NCBI GenBank assembly: GCA_963693365.1
Contig: CAVNZM010000004.1
Coordinates: 5,706,564 to 5,770,563, forward strand
Length of the DNA: 64,000 nucleotides
Source: Amoebidium appalachense
Lineage: Eukaryota > Protista > Ichthyosporea
Direction of reading: 5' to 3'
Part shown: piece after piece, positions 23,362 to 36,560 of the stretch
How positions within the stretch are numbered: position 1 is the first letter of the stretch
How the letters are laid out: every line of letters starts with the position of its first letter
Made by a program: the position numbers and the translations under genes
The notes under the pieces: model-generated
Told to the model about the DNA's origin: nothing
Database searches by the model: none
Seen by the model: only the letters and a program-made list of their open reading frames with translations

Positions 23362-24828
23362 TTAAATTCCTACGACTACGTTCACACTCCTCCTCGGTCT
23401 CCTCCCCCCTCCCCCTCCCCCCGTGTGTCTACGTGTATTTGCATCACTCCCCCCCCCGGCCCCTTCCCCCACCGACTTTTTCACACCACGATTAAACTGA
23501 GGAATAACTCTCTTTGGCCGAGAGGGAGCACTAGGCAACTCCCTCTGCACTAATCTAGCCTCATAAGCACGAATAGAAAACGGGCAATCCAAATGAAACT
23601 CAGGCAACCACTGATCTTCCTGATAACCTCCCTCAAAACGAATTAAATAATAATTTACTAGTATGATCCCTAATTAAAACTAAAGTACCCTCGGCAAATT
23701 CACGTAACGGACGTGTGGACACGTCTGCACGTGCCTGTGCCTGCTGTGTACGGGCCAGAGCTGCATCACGTGCAGCCCGGGCCCTAGTAGCTGCTCCCGG
23801 AACTCAGTCCAGTGGGGATAAGTTAGTCTGCCAGTGTCAGTCCCCCCCATCGGTAAAGGTGCCGTATCTAACAAACTAATAGCCTCCTGCCCATAGACCA
23901 AATAAAACGGAGAAAAACCAGTCACAGCATGAGGGATAGAATTATATGAATGAGCAATAAACCTAGACATATGATCCCAATCATTAGCCTCCACATCCAC
24001 CATTTTGCCAAAGGACTTCTGAAACACTGCATGCACACGTTCAGAGATGGCATTTGCTTGAGGGTGATATGCAGACGTAGTGATATGAGCTACCCTTAAA
24101 ATTTTACCACCTCCGACACCAACTGATTTAAAAACACACGACTCCTATCCGTTAACAAAACACGAGGACAACCAAACCTAAGACAAATTTCATCCACAAA
24201 AATACGAGCAAACAAAACGGCATTAGCAGTGGGGAGAGGAAAAACTTCAACCCAACGAGTGGCCACATCGGTGACGGTAACAAGAACAGTGTTACCCTCA
24301 ACCGTAGAATTAAAAGGACCAACCACATCCGACTGCTACCCGTTCAAACATACGAACATTAAAATCCCTAATAAACGACGGGCGGGAACGAGAGTGGGGA
24401 CTCTCATTCCTTTCCTGACAATGCATGCATGACAACACATAATCCCTCACCTCCCGACTCATACCCGGCCAAAAATACGAGCGATTAACACGAAGCAACA
24501 TCCTATTTACACCTAAATGACCAGCCATGGGATGCTCATGCACCATATGCAAAACCTCAGGCACAAGTGCCGTCGGGACCCAAACTCGGTGTCCGTCTGG
24601 CCCAGAACAATGATAAACTAAATCCTGCTCTACCTGACACATTTTTGCTAACTTAGCTACCTTAATCATCTGCCTTTTATTTTTAAATTTAATCGAATCA
24701 ACCGACCCCTTTAAATAATTCTTAACCAGACCAATCAACACATCTTCCTCCTGAGCTAAGATCAAAGCCGTAGGTGCTAAGGCAGGGGCCGAGCCATGAG
24801 ACTCGGTCCCGACCTCAGACACTGCCAA
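23362..24828 (-). pseudogene. Gypsy integrase + chromodomain (disrupted)
   Basis: HHCC (HEH..GH...CMHC) and DDE pieces in several frames; compare the intact 51848-53638. Confidence 0.9.
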
Positions 24829-24967
24829 ATACCTCCCCCCCCCCCTCCCCTACACTTATAAGCAAGCAACCCCGGAGCCCAAGAAGACACATCAACAGAC
24901 ACAGCATCTATTCCTTTCTGCTCACTCTCCCCCCCCCTTCCCCCCCCTCCCCCCCCCCCGTCTCTCA

Positions 24968-26899
24968 CTAGCCCCCCCTCCCCCCCTTCTCTTCTTCAAA
25001 CAAAACATAAGCAGCACGAGAGAGAGCATCACAGTCAACCATTGTTTCACCCTTGGCATAAAACAATTTATAGGAGAACTCACCGAGAGCCGCGGCCCAC
25101 TTCTGCATCCTCTCGTTGACCAGACGAGTGGTGCCGGCCATGGCTAGGCAGGGCTTGTGGTCGGTGTAGACCTCAAACGTCCTGCCTGCGAGTATATACC
25201 TCCATGCCTGTGAGACTGCCCAAAAGATAGCATGGGACTCTCTCTCCGGATTGCTATATCTACGTTCACTTTTACTAAATGAACGACTAGCATAAGCAAT
25301 CACTCTATCCTGCCCCTCCTGCACTTGATATAACACGGCCCCCTCAGCAACCTTACTTGCATCACACCGAACTTTAAACATCCCTCCCCCGGCCGAAAAA
25401 TCAGGATGAACAAGCATACTCGAAGACTGCAAAGCTAACTTAAGCTTTTCGAAAGCAGAAACAGCATCAACATTCCAATCTATTCTATTCTTCTTCTCCC
25501 CCCCCGTCTGACTAGTTAACGGCAAAGCAAGCATACTATAATCCTTAATATAACGACGAAGATAATTAGTTAAACCTAAAAATTGCCTTAGTTGAGTGAC
25601 AGTCTGAGGACGGGGCCACTCAACTATGGCCCGGATTTTCTCCGGATCAGGGGCAAGACCATTACTAGACACAATATGACCTAAAAACTTAACCTCCGGC
25701 ACACCAATCACAGTCTTGCTACCGCTAATACGAAGACCAGACTCACCCAAAGCTAAAAATACTTTTTCACAATTATTAACTAACTCCTCAAATGACCTAC
25801 CTTTAATTAAAACATCATCCAAATAAGGGTGGCATACATCCAAATGAGGGTGGAGAATTTTATACATTACCCGGCACAACATAGCTGGAGAGGAGAGCAA
25901 ACCCATCGGCACCACCTTGTACTGGAACAGCTGGTCACCCAGTGCAAAGGCAGTCTTCTCCTTGCTGCTCTCCTCCAACCTGATCTGCCAAAAAGCTGCT
26001 TTTAAATCAAGTTTAGCAAAGTGAGTATAGCCGTGCAGCTGTGAAAGCTGCTCGTCTATGTTAGGGAGAGGCCATTGGTCTGCCTTAGTGATCCGATTCA
26101 GAGCCCTGTAATCGTTCACTAGACGCCAAGACCCGTCGGGCTTCTTAACCAATAGCACCGGACTTCTCCACGGACTCGAACTATGCTCCACATGACCCTT
26201 TTTTAACATATCACTCACTATTATTAGCGCATCCGACAATTTATACTGCTCCATTCTATAGCTAGGCATCACTACCAGCCTATTATCACCTGTGTCGATC
26301 TGCATTTCAAACCCTTTAACGAAGCCTACTTCGTTATCATCGGCCAGAAATGCAAACCGAGTCCTATCAAATAACTTAGCTAGCAATTCTTTCTGTTCTA
26401 CCGTCCAATCCCCCTCCTTCATACCAAACGGCAATACTAACTCCGGGTTACCCCCATCACAAGTGGATGCATCCTTATTCACCGGAGTGCCACTTAACAT
26501 TTCACCTCCTGTATTACATCGGTGCTGCTCGGGGTGAGGTGGAGGTACCTCCGGATATAGGCGGTCACCCTTAGCACCCCCCCCTCCCCCCGGCACACCC
26601 ATGCCCCCGGGCAATTCCTGATGAGTTAGTGCATGTATGTGGGGGGCCAGGTCTGTGGCCACCCTGCCCCCCACGGTGTTGGTTAACCCGTCAGATCCAC
26701 GGGTTAGACCAACACCCTCCCCCCCTGCCTGCACATTCTCACACCCGGGGTGACCCTCCTTCCTCTTGGGGGTCGGGGGAGTGGGACCGGTGCTGTCCCG
26801 GTCCCCCCCCCCCATCTTGTCGGGTGACATTTTGGTGGCTAACGTTAAATAAAGTTGTTCCCCCTCCTCCTGACTCGGAGTCACCCTTCGAGCCGGCAT
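24968..26899 (-). CDS. Gypsy reverse transcriptase + RNase H (open portion of pol)
   Basis: SPVLLVKKPDG, DYRALN, LDLKAAFWQ, PMGL, YLDD, CDAS, YTDHKP, DALSR. The ORF start is an artefact of an upstream frameshift. Confidence 0.9.
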   Translation of the reverse strand: MPARRVTPSQEEGEQLYLTLATKMSPDKMGGGDRDSTGPTPPTPKRKEGHPGCENVQAGGEGVGLTRGSDGLTNTVGGRVATDLAPHIHALTHQELPGGMGVPGGGGGAKGDRLYPEVPPPHPEQHRCNTGGEMLSGTPVNKDASTCDGGNPELVLPFGMKEGDWTVEQKELLAKLFDRTRFAFLADDNEVGFVKGFEMQIDTGDNRLVVMPSYRMEQYKLSDALIIVSDMLKKGHVEHSSSPWRSPVLLVKKPDGSWRLVNDYRALNRITKADQWPLPNIDEQLSQLHGYTHFAKLDLKAAFWQIRLEESSKEKTAFALGDQLFQYKVVPMGLLSSPAMLCRVMYKILHPHLDVCHPYLDDVLIKGRSFEELVNNCEKVFLALGESGLRISGSKTVIGVPEVKFLGHIVSSNGLAPDPEKIRAIVEWPRPQTVTQLRQFLGLTNYLRRYIKDYSMLALPLTSQTGGEKKNRIDWNVDAVSAFEKLKLALQSSSMLVHPDFSAGGGMFKVRCDASKVAEGAVLYQVQEGQDRVIAYASRSFSKSERRYSNPERESHAIFWAVSQAWRYILAGRTFEVYTDHKPCLAMAGTTRLVNERMQKWAAALGEFSYKLFYAKGETMVDCDALSRAAYVLFEEEKGGRGG

Positions 26900-26973
26900 C
26901 CTCCTTTTGGGTAATAAGAGAGACCTCTATACTACCAATCTCATTAGTGAAACTACCGACGGAAACACCTGAC

Positions 26974-28380
26974 CTAATTAATCACTATAGGCTCGATGCC
27001 CGGATTCACTAATTCTATTTCTATTGTCTTATCCGGCCATACCCTACTACGGGTCCATTGGGCCACCTCCTGAAATGGGGTTTTCGGAGTAAAAACCCCT
27101 AAATCCCCTATCCTAACATGATTGCCGGCCCGGACACGTACCGTTTGGCACTGATAAGGCTCGATTACTACTTCAGCTACCGTTCTAGCACCAGACTGAT
27201 AACCGTCGAGCCCATCATGGGTTTTAATTTTAACGCCGGACTGCAATTCTAAAACATTCGTACGTTCAAACAAAGCATTCACATGTCTACGGAAAAATGG
27301 GGCTCCCAACAAAACACTTTGAGCTAAATCCTTAACCACATAACAAGCAACATGCACAGCCCTGGCCACCTATCTCACACGGCAACACACAAACACCTTC
27401 CACAGACATACTACTATTATTAGCACTACCTAAGGCTGTGCTAGAAGCATCTAAAATAGGAATTTCCCCCCCGGCCTGATTAAAACGACGAATAAACGAA
27501 GCATGCACACAATTAACCTGAGCCCCTCCATCGAGCAAAGCAACAGCCTTCAACTTACCATCAGCTAACCATACGTCTATATAATGCCGGCTAAAACCAA
27601 CTAAATCCTCCTCCAATTCAAGCAACACATCATCACTCACACCCAATCCCTGCCCACGAAGACTCACACCCTCGATACCTACGTGCAACATTCCTACCTG
27701 TGGTGCCTGCACGGGTGGGGTGGGGTGTGTATGTGATGTGGGTGGTGGTGGAGTGTGTGTGTGTGATGTGTGGGTGGGTGGTGTGTGTGTGTGTGGTGTA
27801 TGTGTGGGTGTGTGTGTGGGTGTAGGTGTGTCTGCAACCGTCGTATGTTGTTGTGGTGGTGTGTTTCTACGTGTCTGTGCCTTCCCCCCCTTCCCCCTTT
27901 ACTCGTGTGTGTCCCCCCCCCTCCCGGAAACAATGGCACAGAAACCCCCTCCGGTGTGGTTAGAATAAACAACGGGTTGGGACAAGAAACACTGAGACCA
28001 TCCACTTGTGGCTGGGGAATCTCCCCCAACCACAAAACATTCACACCATTCATACCTTTGGTAGAGTCACCCCACAAACATTCATGCCATACCACCTCGA
28101 CGCTGTCTTGAGGACCCACGACGATGCCCGGCTCCCACACGTATCGGGGCGGTGAGGGGGCAAAGGGAAGCTTAACCTGGGGTGGGGGAGGGTGAAGGTT
28201 CTCTGCAACCTGGGGGGGACCGATACTGTCCCCCCCCCCTCCCTCAGTGACCCCAGCTTCCCCCTCCCCCGGAACTCAATAGCTCTTGTAACTACGGCAA
28301 TATGCAGCAGAGTGCCCTTGCCGGCCACAAAAGTAACATGCACCAAAGAAGGGGCCAGGGGGGCTTCAAAACCTTGGCGC
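26974..28380 (-). pseudogene. Gypsy zinc knuckle, aspartic protease and downstream beta-rich domain (frameshifted)
   Basis: CYFCGRQGHSAAYC (CCHC); LLDGGAQVNC and VLLGAPFF protease motifs. Confidence 0.8.
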
Positions 28381-28469
28381 AAAGCATAACCGGGAGCCCG
28401 GTCATGCTGGGGGGGCCCACCGTGTGCACCACGGCCCCCCCTTCCCCCCTTGCCCCCCCTCGGCCTCTC

Positions 28470-29612
28470 TCACCACCATTTCCACCCCCTCCCTCTACCC
28501 TGCCCACCACCACGAGCAAGATAAGGGGCAAACCTCTCGGTGAACTGCTGCTGTTGTCCTCCACGTCCACCTCGGCCACGACCGCCGTGTCCACCCCGGT
28601 CGCCGCCACGGCCACCCCGGAAGCCGAAGCCCCCTCGGCCAGAGAAGACGGCCTGGGAGAGCTCGGCAACCTGCTTGACCAACATGGTGAGTGCATCTGG
28701 CTGTTCACCCTCTTTTTTCTCTTTTTCCCCCTTCGGTCCACTCTCCTTCTTTTTCTTGTCTACTTCCATCACCTCCTTTTTATCCCTCTTATTGAACTTC
28801 ACCTCGTGCATGGCAAGCAAGTGACGTTTAACATGCAACACCACCTCATCTACATCATCATGCTCCCCAAACATGCGTGCAGTGTCTGTGTTTACAGAGA
28901 GAGCCTTACGAGCAAACTCAAACTTTTCCCTATCACTCACGTCACCAGCTAACTCACAAAGGTCTTCAAAGACCCGATATTCCCTCTCAAAGAATGCACG
29001 AGCTTCTACGGGGGACATATCTAAAGTGGGAAAGGTATACTTCCATTCTCTGAGCTGGGCCCGGAAGGTACGGCGCCGGTCGGCCGTCAGGTATCGGCCG
29101 ACGAGCCGGGCCGTATACTCGAGCTCGTTTTCCGGCCGTGTGAAGGCCTCGAGCTCCCCGTCCACGTCGTCGGTGCTGTTCTCGTCCTCGTCGTCGGGGA
29201 TGAACCGTGCGGCCAGACGTTTCTGGCCGAGTGTCCGGGACACCATCTCGTCCCTCCCCTCGTCGTACTGCTGCTCGTATATACGAGCCGTCACCTGGGG
29301 GGCCTGCTCGGCCCGGTACGGGTGCTCCTCCATCAGGGTGCATAAGTCGGCCATTGTTTTGTGGTCGATGCACTGTTTGATCATTAAGCACGAGGCCGCT
29401 ACAGTGGGGGCCTTCTTTGTGTCTAACACTAGTGTGGGTGTGTTAGCTAGGAGTGTCCTAAGCCACCTAGGTATTTCCGAGTCGTGTTTGAGTGTAAAAC
29501 TGAAAGCTGTGGTCTGTCTAACGTCTAGTGTATGAACCTGTGGTACCTGTGTGTGCAGGGAGCTATCCTCCGCTGCCAATGCGTAGAACATGTCTACGTT
29601 AAACTTAGCCAT
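28470..29612 (-). CDS. Gypsy gag-like protein
   Basis: First ORF after the 5' LTR, 380 aa, RGG-rich C-terminus preceding the CCHC knuckle; almost identical in the copy at 57263-58405. Confidence 0.8.
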   Translation of the reverse strand: MAKFNVDMFYALAAEDSSLHTQVPQVHTLDVRQTTAFSFTLKHDSEIPRWLRTLLANTPTLVLDTKKAPTVAASCLMIKQCIDHKTMADLCTLMEEHPYRAEQAPQVTARIYEQQYDEGRDEMVSRTLGQKRLAARFIPDDEDENSTDDVDGELEAFTRPENELEYTARLVGRYLTADRRRTFRAQLREWKYTFPTLDMSPVEARAFFEREYRVFEDLCELAGDVSDREKFEFARKALSVNTDTARMFGEHDDVDEVVLHVKRHLLAMHEVKFNKRDKKEVMEVDKKKKESGPKGEKEKKEGEQPDALTMLVKQVAELSQAVFSGRGGFGFRGGRGGDRGGHGGRGRGGRGGQQQQFTERFAPYLARGGGQGRGRGWKWW

Positions 29613-29760
29613 TGTGTGGTGTTCGGGTGGTTGTGTTTATTTATTTATTTATTTTTTTTTTTTTTTTTTTTCTGTGTGTTTGAGGTGTAGCAACAGCCCA
29701 GAAGGAACTGTCACCGCGTTACCCTAGCGCGAAAAACCGCACTAAAAGAAAGGTGTAGCT

Positions 29761-30480
29761 TGTCGTATCCTAATCTATGTGTACTAGAGACGCGGCACTC
29801 TACTAAGTGTACACACGCGAAAAGGAACGAACGTGTACGAAAAAACGGTAAAGTTTATTCAGACCAGGCTCCGACGGGCAAACTTAGATCCGTACGGAAT
29901 GAGTCTAAGTTACGACTGAGGCCATCAAGGCCGTGCCCTCAAAGATCATCATCACCTGGCCCCCTACGATGCCACATTCCATTAACATTCCGATCTACTT
30001 TTATCGTGCGCCTGCACGAGCTAAGTCGATCTACTCAACTAATATATTTATCCATGTCTCACCCCTCACCCTCCCCCTAGTGGCACCGCAGAGTCTAAAT
30101 CTACATTTCATACTATCCTCCCCCCCCCCCTCCCTCCCCCCCTTTCCTCTACATCTACATATATAAATACGTTTGGCAACATACACTATCTAACCTTGCC
30201 AATACTTACAAAAGGGCTTCTGCCCGAACAATCACATTCCTAAGTCCTCCTACGATCTATCCTACACACTAATTAGAATTCTATTGGTCGGCTGTCCCGG
30301 CTGACGTGGTCCAATGCCCTGCGCCGGCAGAGGCAAGATGCACGTAGCTGTACAGCTATCTTGAGGCCCCGGACTTGATCTTGATGATCTGTGGACCCGG
30401 GCCACCCCCCCCCCCCCCCCCCCCCCCCGATCTCGATCGTAGACTTAGGCTAATCTGCTGAGACGGATTAGTATATGTCA
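29761..30480 (-). repeat. 5' LTR
   Basis: Direct repeat of 22460-23178; minus-strand TATA-like TTTATATAT (~30160) and AATAAA (~29855). Confidence 0.95.
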
Positions 30481-30559
30481 GATGACCGACAGTATTGGGA
30501 CAGCCCAATGTATAACCCTAACCACACCTATGGATGGGTTTACAGCAACCACAACTTTC

Positions 30560-32585
30560 GTGGTACTCCTAACCCCATACATTGGATGTACACTGGATGT
30601 CGTGCACACCTCCGGATTACGACATCATAAGATGGTCTTGCTGCACCCCCTCGGAAGACTGTCTTACGACGTCGGAAATAACTGTCGAATGGATGGGTTT
30701 ACAATATCCATATGAATGTCCTCGACAACCATTAGTTGTCGTAAACCCCACCTGAGTACGACATCGTAACATGCTCTTACGACACCCCACGTGAGACTGT
30801 CAATAGGACGTCTGAAACCCCGCCGGATGGATTGGTTTACAGTATGCATTTGAAGGTCCACGATACACTGTGTATGTCGTAAACACCTGCACATTACGAC
30901 ATCGTAAGATGATATTATGGTGGTACTCCTAACCCCATACAGTGGATGTACACTGGATGTCGTGCACACCTCCGGATTACGACATCATAAGATGGTCTTG
31001 CTGCACCCCCTCGGAAGCCTGTCTTACGACGTCGGAAATAACTGTCGTATGGATGGGTTTACAATATCCATATGAATGTCCTCGACAACCATTAGTTGTC
31101 GTAAACCCCACCTGAGTACGACATCGTAACATGCTCTTACGACACCCCACGTGAGACTGTCACTAGACGTCTGAAACCCCGCCGGATGGATTGGTTTACA
31201 GTATCCATTTGAAGGTCCACGATACACTGTGTATGTCGTAAACACCTGCACATTACGACATCGTAAGATGATATTATGGTGGTACTCCTAACCCCATACA
31301 TTGGATGTACACTGGATGTCGTGCACACCTCCGGATTACGACATCATAAGATGGTCTTGCTGCACCCCCTCGAAAGACTGTCTTACGACGTCGGAAATAA
31401 CTGTCGAATGGATATGGGTTTACAATATCCATATGAATGTCCTCGACAACCATTAGTTGTCGTAAACCCCACCTGAGTACGACATCGTAACATGCTCTTA
31501 CGACACCCCACGTGAGACTGTCAATGGACGTCTGAAACCCCGCCGGATGGATTGGTTTACAGTATCCATATGAAGGTCCACGATACACTGTGTATGTCGT
31601 AAAGACCTGCACATTACGACATCGTAAGATGATATTATGGTGGTACTCCTAACCCCATACATTGGATGTACACTGGATGTCGTGCACACCTCCGGATTAC
31701 GACATCATAAGATGGTCTTGCTGCACCCCCTCGAAAGACTGTCGTACGACGTCGGAAATAACTGTCGAATGGATGGGTTTACAATATCCATATGAATGTC
31801 CTCGACAACCATTAGTTGTCGTACACCCCACCTGAGTACGACATCGTAACATGCTCTTACGACACCCCATGTGAGACTGTCAATAGACGTCTGAAACCCC
31901 GCCGGATGGATTGGTTTACAGTATCCATTTGAAGGTCCACGATACACTGTGTATGTCGTAAAGACCTGCACATTACGACATCGTAAGATGATATTATGGT
32001 GGTACTCCTAACCCCATACATTGGATGTACACTGTATGTCGTGCACACCTCCGGATTACGACATCATAAGATGGTCTTGCTGCACCCCCTCGGAAGACTG
32101 TCTTAAAACATCGGAATCAACTGTCGAATGGATGGGTTTACAATATCCATATGAGTGTCCTCGACAACCATTAGTTGTCGTAAACCCCCCCAGTATACGA
32201 CATCGTAACATGCTCTTGCGACACCCAACGTGAGACTGTCAATAGACGTCTGAAACCCCCCGGATGGATTGGTTTACAGTATCCATATGAAGGTCCACGA
32301 TACACTGTGTATGTCGTAAACACCTGCACATTACGACATCGTAAGATGATATTATGGTGGTACTCCTAACACCATACATTGGATGTACACTGGATGTCGT
32401 GCACACCTCCGGATTATGACATCATAAGATGGTCTTGCTGCACCCCCTCGGAAGACTGTCTTAAGACATCGGAAACAACTGTCGAATGGATGGGTTTACA
32501 ATATCCATATGAATGTCCTCGACAACCATTAGTTGTCGTAAAGACGTCTGAAAACCCCGCCTGATGGATGGGTTTACCGTATCGA
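30560..32585. repeat. Tandem array, ~360-bp unit, ~5.6 copies
   Basis: TGGTACTCCTAAC recurs at ~30561, 30921, 31280, 31641, 32000, 32358. Confidence 0.95.
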
Positions 32586-33149
32586 TAGGAAGGTCATGGC
32601 AGGCCATGTTGAAATCATATAAATTAGCACTGGTAGTAAAAAACCAAGCTGTGTACATTTTAATTGAGCATCTGGAGGGGCTGCTATATAGCTATATGAT
32701 AGGCCACTATCATTAGGCAGGTATGTGTAATATAGATGTTAATAATTTTCTTGTAAAATTGTAAATAATAACTGGTGGCACGGCCTTCTGGATACATATA
32801 ACAATGGATGTTTTATGGGGGTTTCGTGGGAATGCTGGCATACTTGAGAGAGAATACATAAGAGAACGAATCGGATGCTGACTCGGAGGGGGTACAAGAA
32901 CTAGCAGAGTTTGTGGGTGCCTGGAACGGCAGGGGATTATAGTAGTGGGATAATTATATTGCGGAAAGCTGAACAGTGTAGCGTATAGACGGCGGTGAAC
33001 ATGCCGGTATGAAGTCCATATGCGTGTACATGTATTAAAAGTAAATCAAGAGCGGTGCCAAAAGAACTTATTTAATAAACAAAAAAACCAAAACTGAAGA
33101 TAATCTGATAGAAAACACCTGACATTTACAAACCATGCACTCAATTCAA

Positions 33150-33520
33150 GAGTTACGACCCATGTGCACGTATTTGTTAACGAGGAACTCCTTCCTCCCC
33201 CCTACAGGGACCTTCACCGGGATGCAGTGGAAATCCCCAATATAGACTCGACGTCAATAACGTCGTACCTCGGTCTTCGCTGCGCATTCGCACCAACCAT
33301 CTCCCATGTCAGTCGGGGACAACGTGTGTGTTCGTCCAGATGTCTGCGCTCTGTGTAGTATCGAACGAAGGCACGATTCAGAAGCTTGTCCCCATGCTCT
33401 GAAGTGCAGGTGAAGAGAAGCACCACCTTTGCGTAGAAATGCACCTCATCGCCGTCCTCGTCTTCCCCCGCACCAATAATGACGTCATCGTACCTATCCC
33501 GAGCACACAAACCCAAACCA
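33150..33520 (-). pseudogene. Plavaka-like transposase, C-terminal region
   Basis: RYDDVII...FYAKVVLLF...AFVRYY...TRCPRL.W...YDVIDVESI, then after frameshifts HCIP and EFLVNKY; resembles the C-terminal beta domain of Plavaka-type proteins (recognised by eye). Confidence 0.65.
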
Positions 33521-33619
33521 AATATATATATATATGAATTCTCCATGTTTCAAACCCCCCCCGGCCCATTACGCCTCCCCAATGTAAACCGGGTACTAAT
33601 TTATTGCCCAGGGCCTCCC

Positions 33620-34425
33620 AAAGTTTGGTTGTCCTCCCATCAATCCCCTGCACGTTATTAACTGTTGCCAACCCCCAACCCTCCCTTTTCCCTATGTATT
33701 ATAGCGCATTTTGCCTAATATGGACGTACAACGGTTAATAACTTTCCCCACAGAAATGGGGAGACAGTCCGACCGGTTTTTTTAGACCCCCCACACAGAG
33801 ACACTGCCTAATGCAAAGTTTGATTGTCCTCCCATCAATCCCCTGCACGTTATTAACTGTTGAATCCCCCCCTTTTCCCTATGTATTATAGCGCATTTTG
33901 CCTAATATGGACGTACAACGGTTAATAACTTTCCCCACAGAAATGGGGAGACAGTCCGACCGGTTTTGTTAGACCCCCCACACAGAGACACTGCCCTAAA
34001 ATGCAAAGTTTGGTTGTGCTCCCATCAAACCCCTGCACGTTATTAATCGTTGAATCCCCCCCTTTTCCCCACGTATTATAGCGCATTTTGCCTAATATGG
34101 ACGTACAACGGTTAATAACTTTCCCCACAGAAATGGGGAGACAGTCCGACCGGTTTTGTTAGCCCCCCACACAGAGACACTGCCCTAAAATGCAAAGTTT
34201 GGTTGTGCTCCCATCAAACCCCTGCACGTTATTAATCGTTGAATCCCCCCTTTTCCCCACGTATTATAGCGCATTTTGCCTAATATGGACGTGCAACGGT
34301 TAATAACTTTCCCCACAGAAATAGGGGGACAATCCGACCGGTTTTGTTACATCACCCACACAGAGACACTGCCTAATGGAAAGTTTGGTTGGGCCCCCAT
34401 CAATCCCCTGCACGTTATTAACCGT
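33620..34425. repeat. Tandem array, ~190-bp unit, ~4.3 copies
   Basis: TTAATAACTTTCCCCACAG at ~33734, 33922, 34112, 34300. Confidence 0.93.
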
Positions 34426-34706
34426 GCAAATGTATCCAGCTTGTAGTATCCACCTTTGAAGGTGGTTCACATGTCTACGGTGTAATAAAGATGTCCAAAC
34501 ATAGTCCATAAGACGCCTTATGTATATCCATGGGCCATCCCCAAGACTGTAACAATACCATCCATATTACTGTCGTAAAACGATATATCGTACGGTACAA
34601 ACGGTCGTAAGACGATACATATTATCGTCGACATGTGGACTACGACATACAAACATGCTCGCAGGATATCGTAGATTTCACCATAATTTGGAGTACTAGT
34701 ACTCAC

Positions 34707-34916
34707 CTGCAAAATGAATGCATGCAGAGTTCTTGTTGGTCATATGATACGGCATCTTGCAGTAGTATTTGTGAGCACGCTCCCAGCTCTCAGCTGACTC
34801 CACCGGGCCAAAGAGGCGATAGTCGTCAGAATAATGCACACCAGCATGGAATTTCGATGTTTTGAGTTCGTTCTTGGTGGAGTCCTTGAAGCACTCGTAC
34901 GCAGCTTTGCCGAACC
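34707..34916 (-). pseudogene. Plavaka-like transposase exon
   Basis: My translation: FGKAAYECFKDSTKNELKTSKFHAGVHYSDDYRLFGPVESAESWERAHKYYCKMPYHMTNKN, matching the K.H...HY...RLFG....E..ER.H....K..Y..TN pattern; bounded by CGCAG| and |GTGAGT. Confidence 0.75.
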
Positions 34917-35086
34917 TGCGTTTTTTGTTGGTGATATTACTTTACAATATAATGCACTAGAGCGGCACGGAGTCCATTACCAAATGGCGAAAGTTCTGCC
35001 ATCGTTTCGTGTAGGATCTATACACCTAGACACGTGCAGGGGGGGGGGGGGGGGTCGTAGTGGGAAGGAGGGAAGACAGGGGGGGT

Positions 35087-35138
<52 letters not shown>

Positions 35139-35282
35139 CGGCAGACACGTACGTTCTGTAACGCTCCTTCATCTCGTTGAGTGAGTCCTTTTTTATAATG
35201 TATTTCCGTTTATATATTTACACATAATCGCCACATGCATTTACCGGTGCGCCATGATAAACACATGGCCGGCTTATCATTG

Positions 35283-36559
<1,277 letters not shown>

Positions 36560-36560
<1 letters not shown>

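Larger units (their letters stand above)
22460..30480 (-). mobile_element. Ty3/Gypsy chromovirus nested in the DNA transposon (defective)
   Basis: Two ~720-bp TG...CA LTRs, PPT at 23179-23200, gag-PR-RT-RH-IN-chromodomain order; integrase frameshifts and a ~340-bp deletion at ~23658. Confidence 0.95.

Noticed and set aside
29750-29762. GGTGTAGCT as part of a tRNA gene
   Set aside because: No cloverleaf or T-loop in the surrounding sequence.
35038-35140. Long poly-G and G-rich tracts (also 42270-42390 and in LTRs) as functional G-quadruplexes
   Set aside because: Common throughout the window and of unreliable length; nothing locus-specific.
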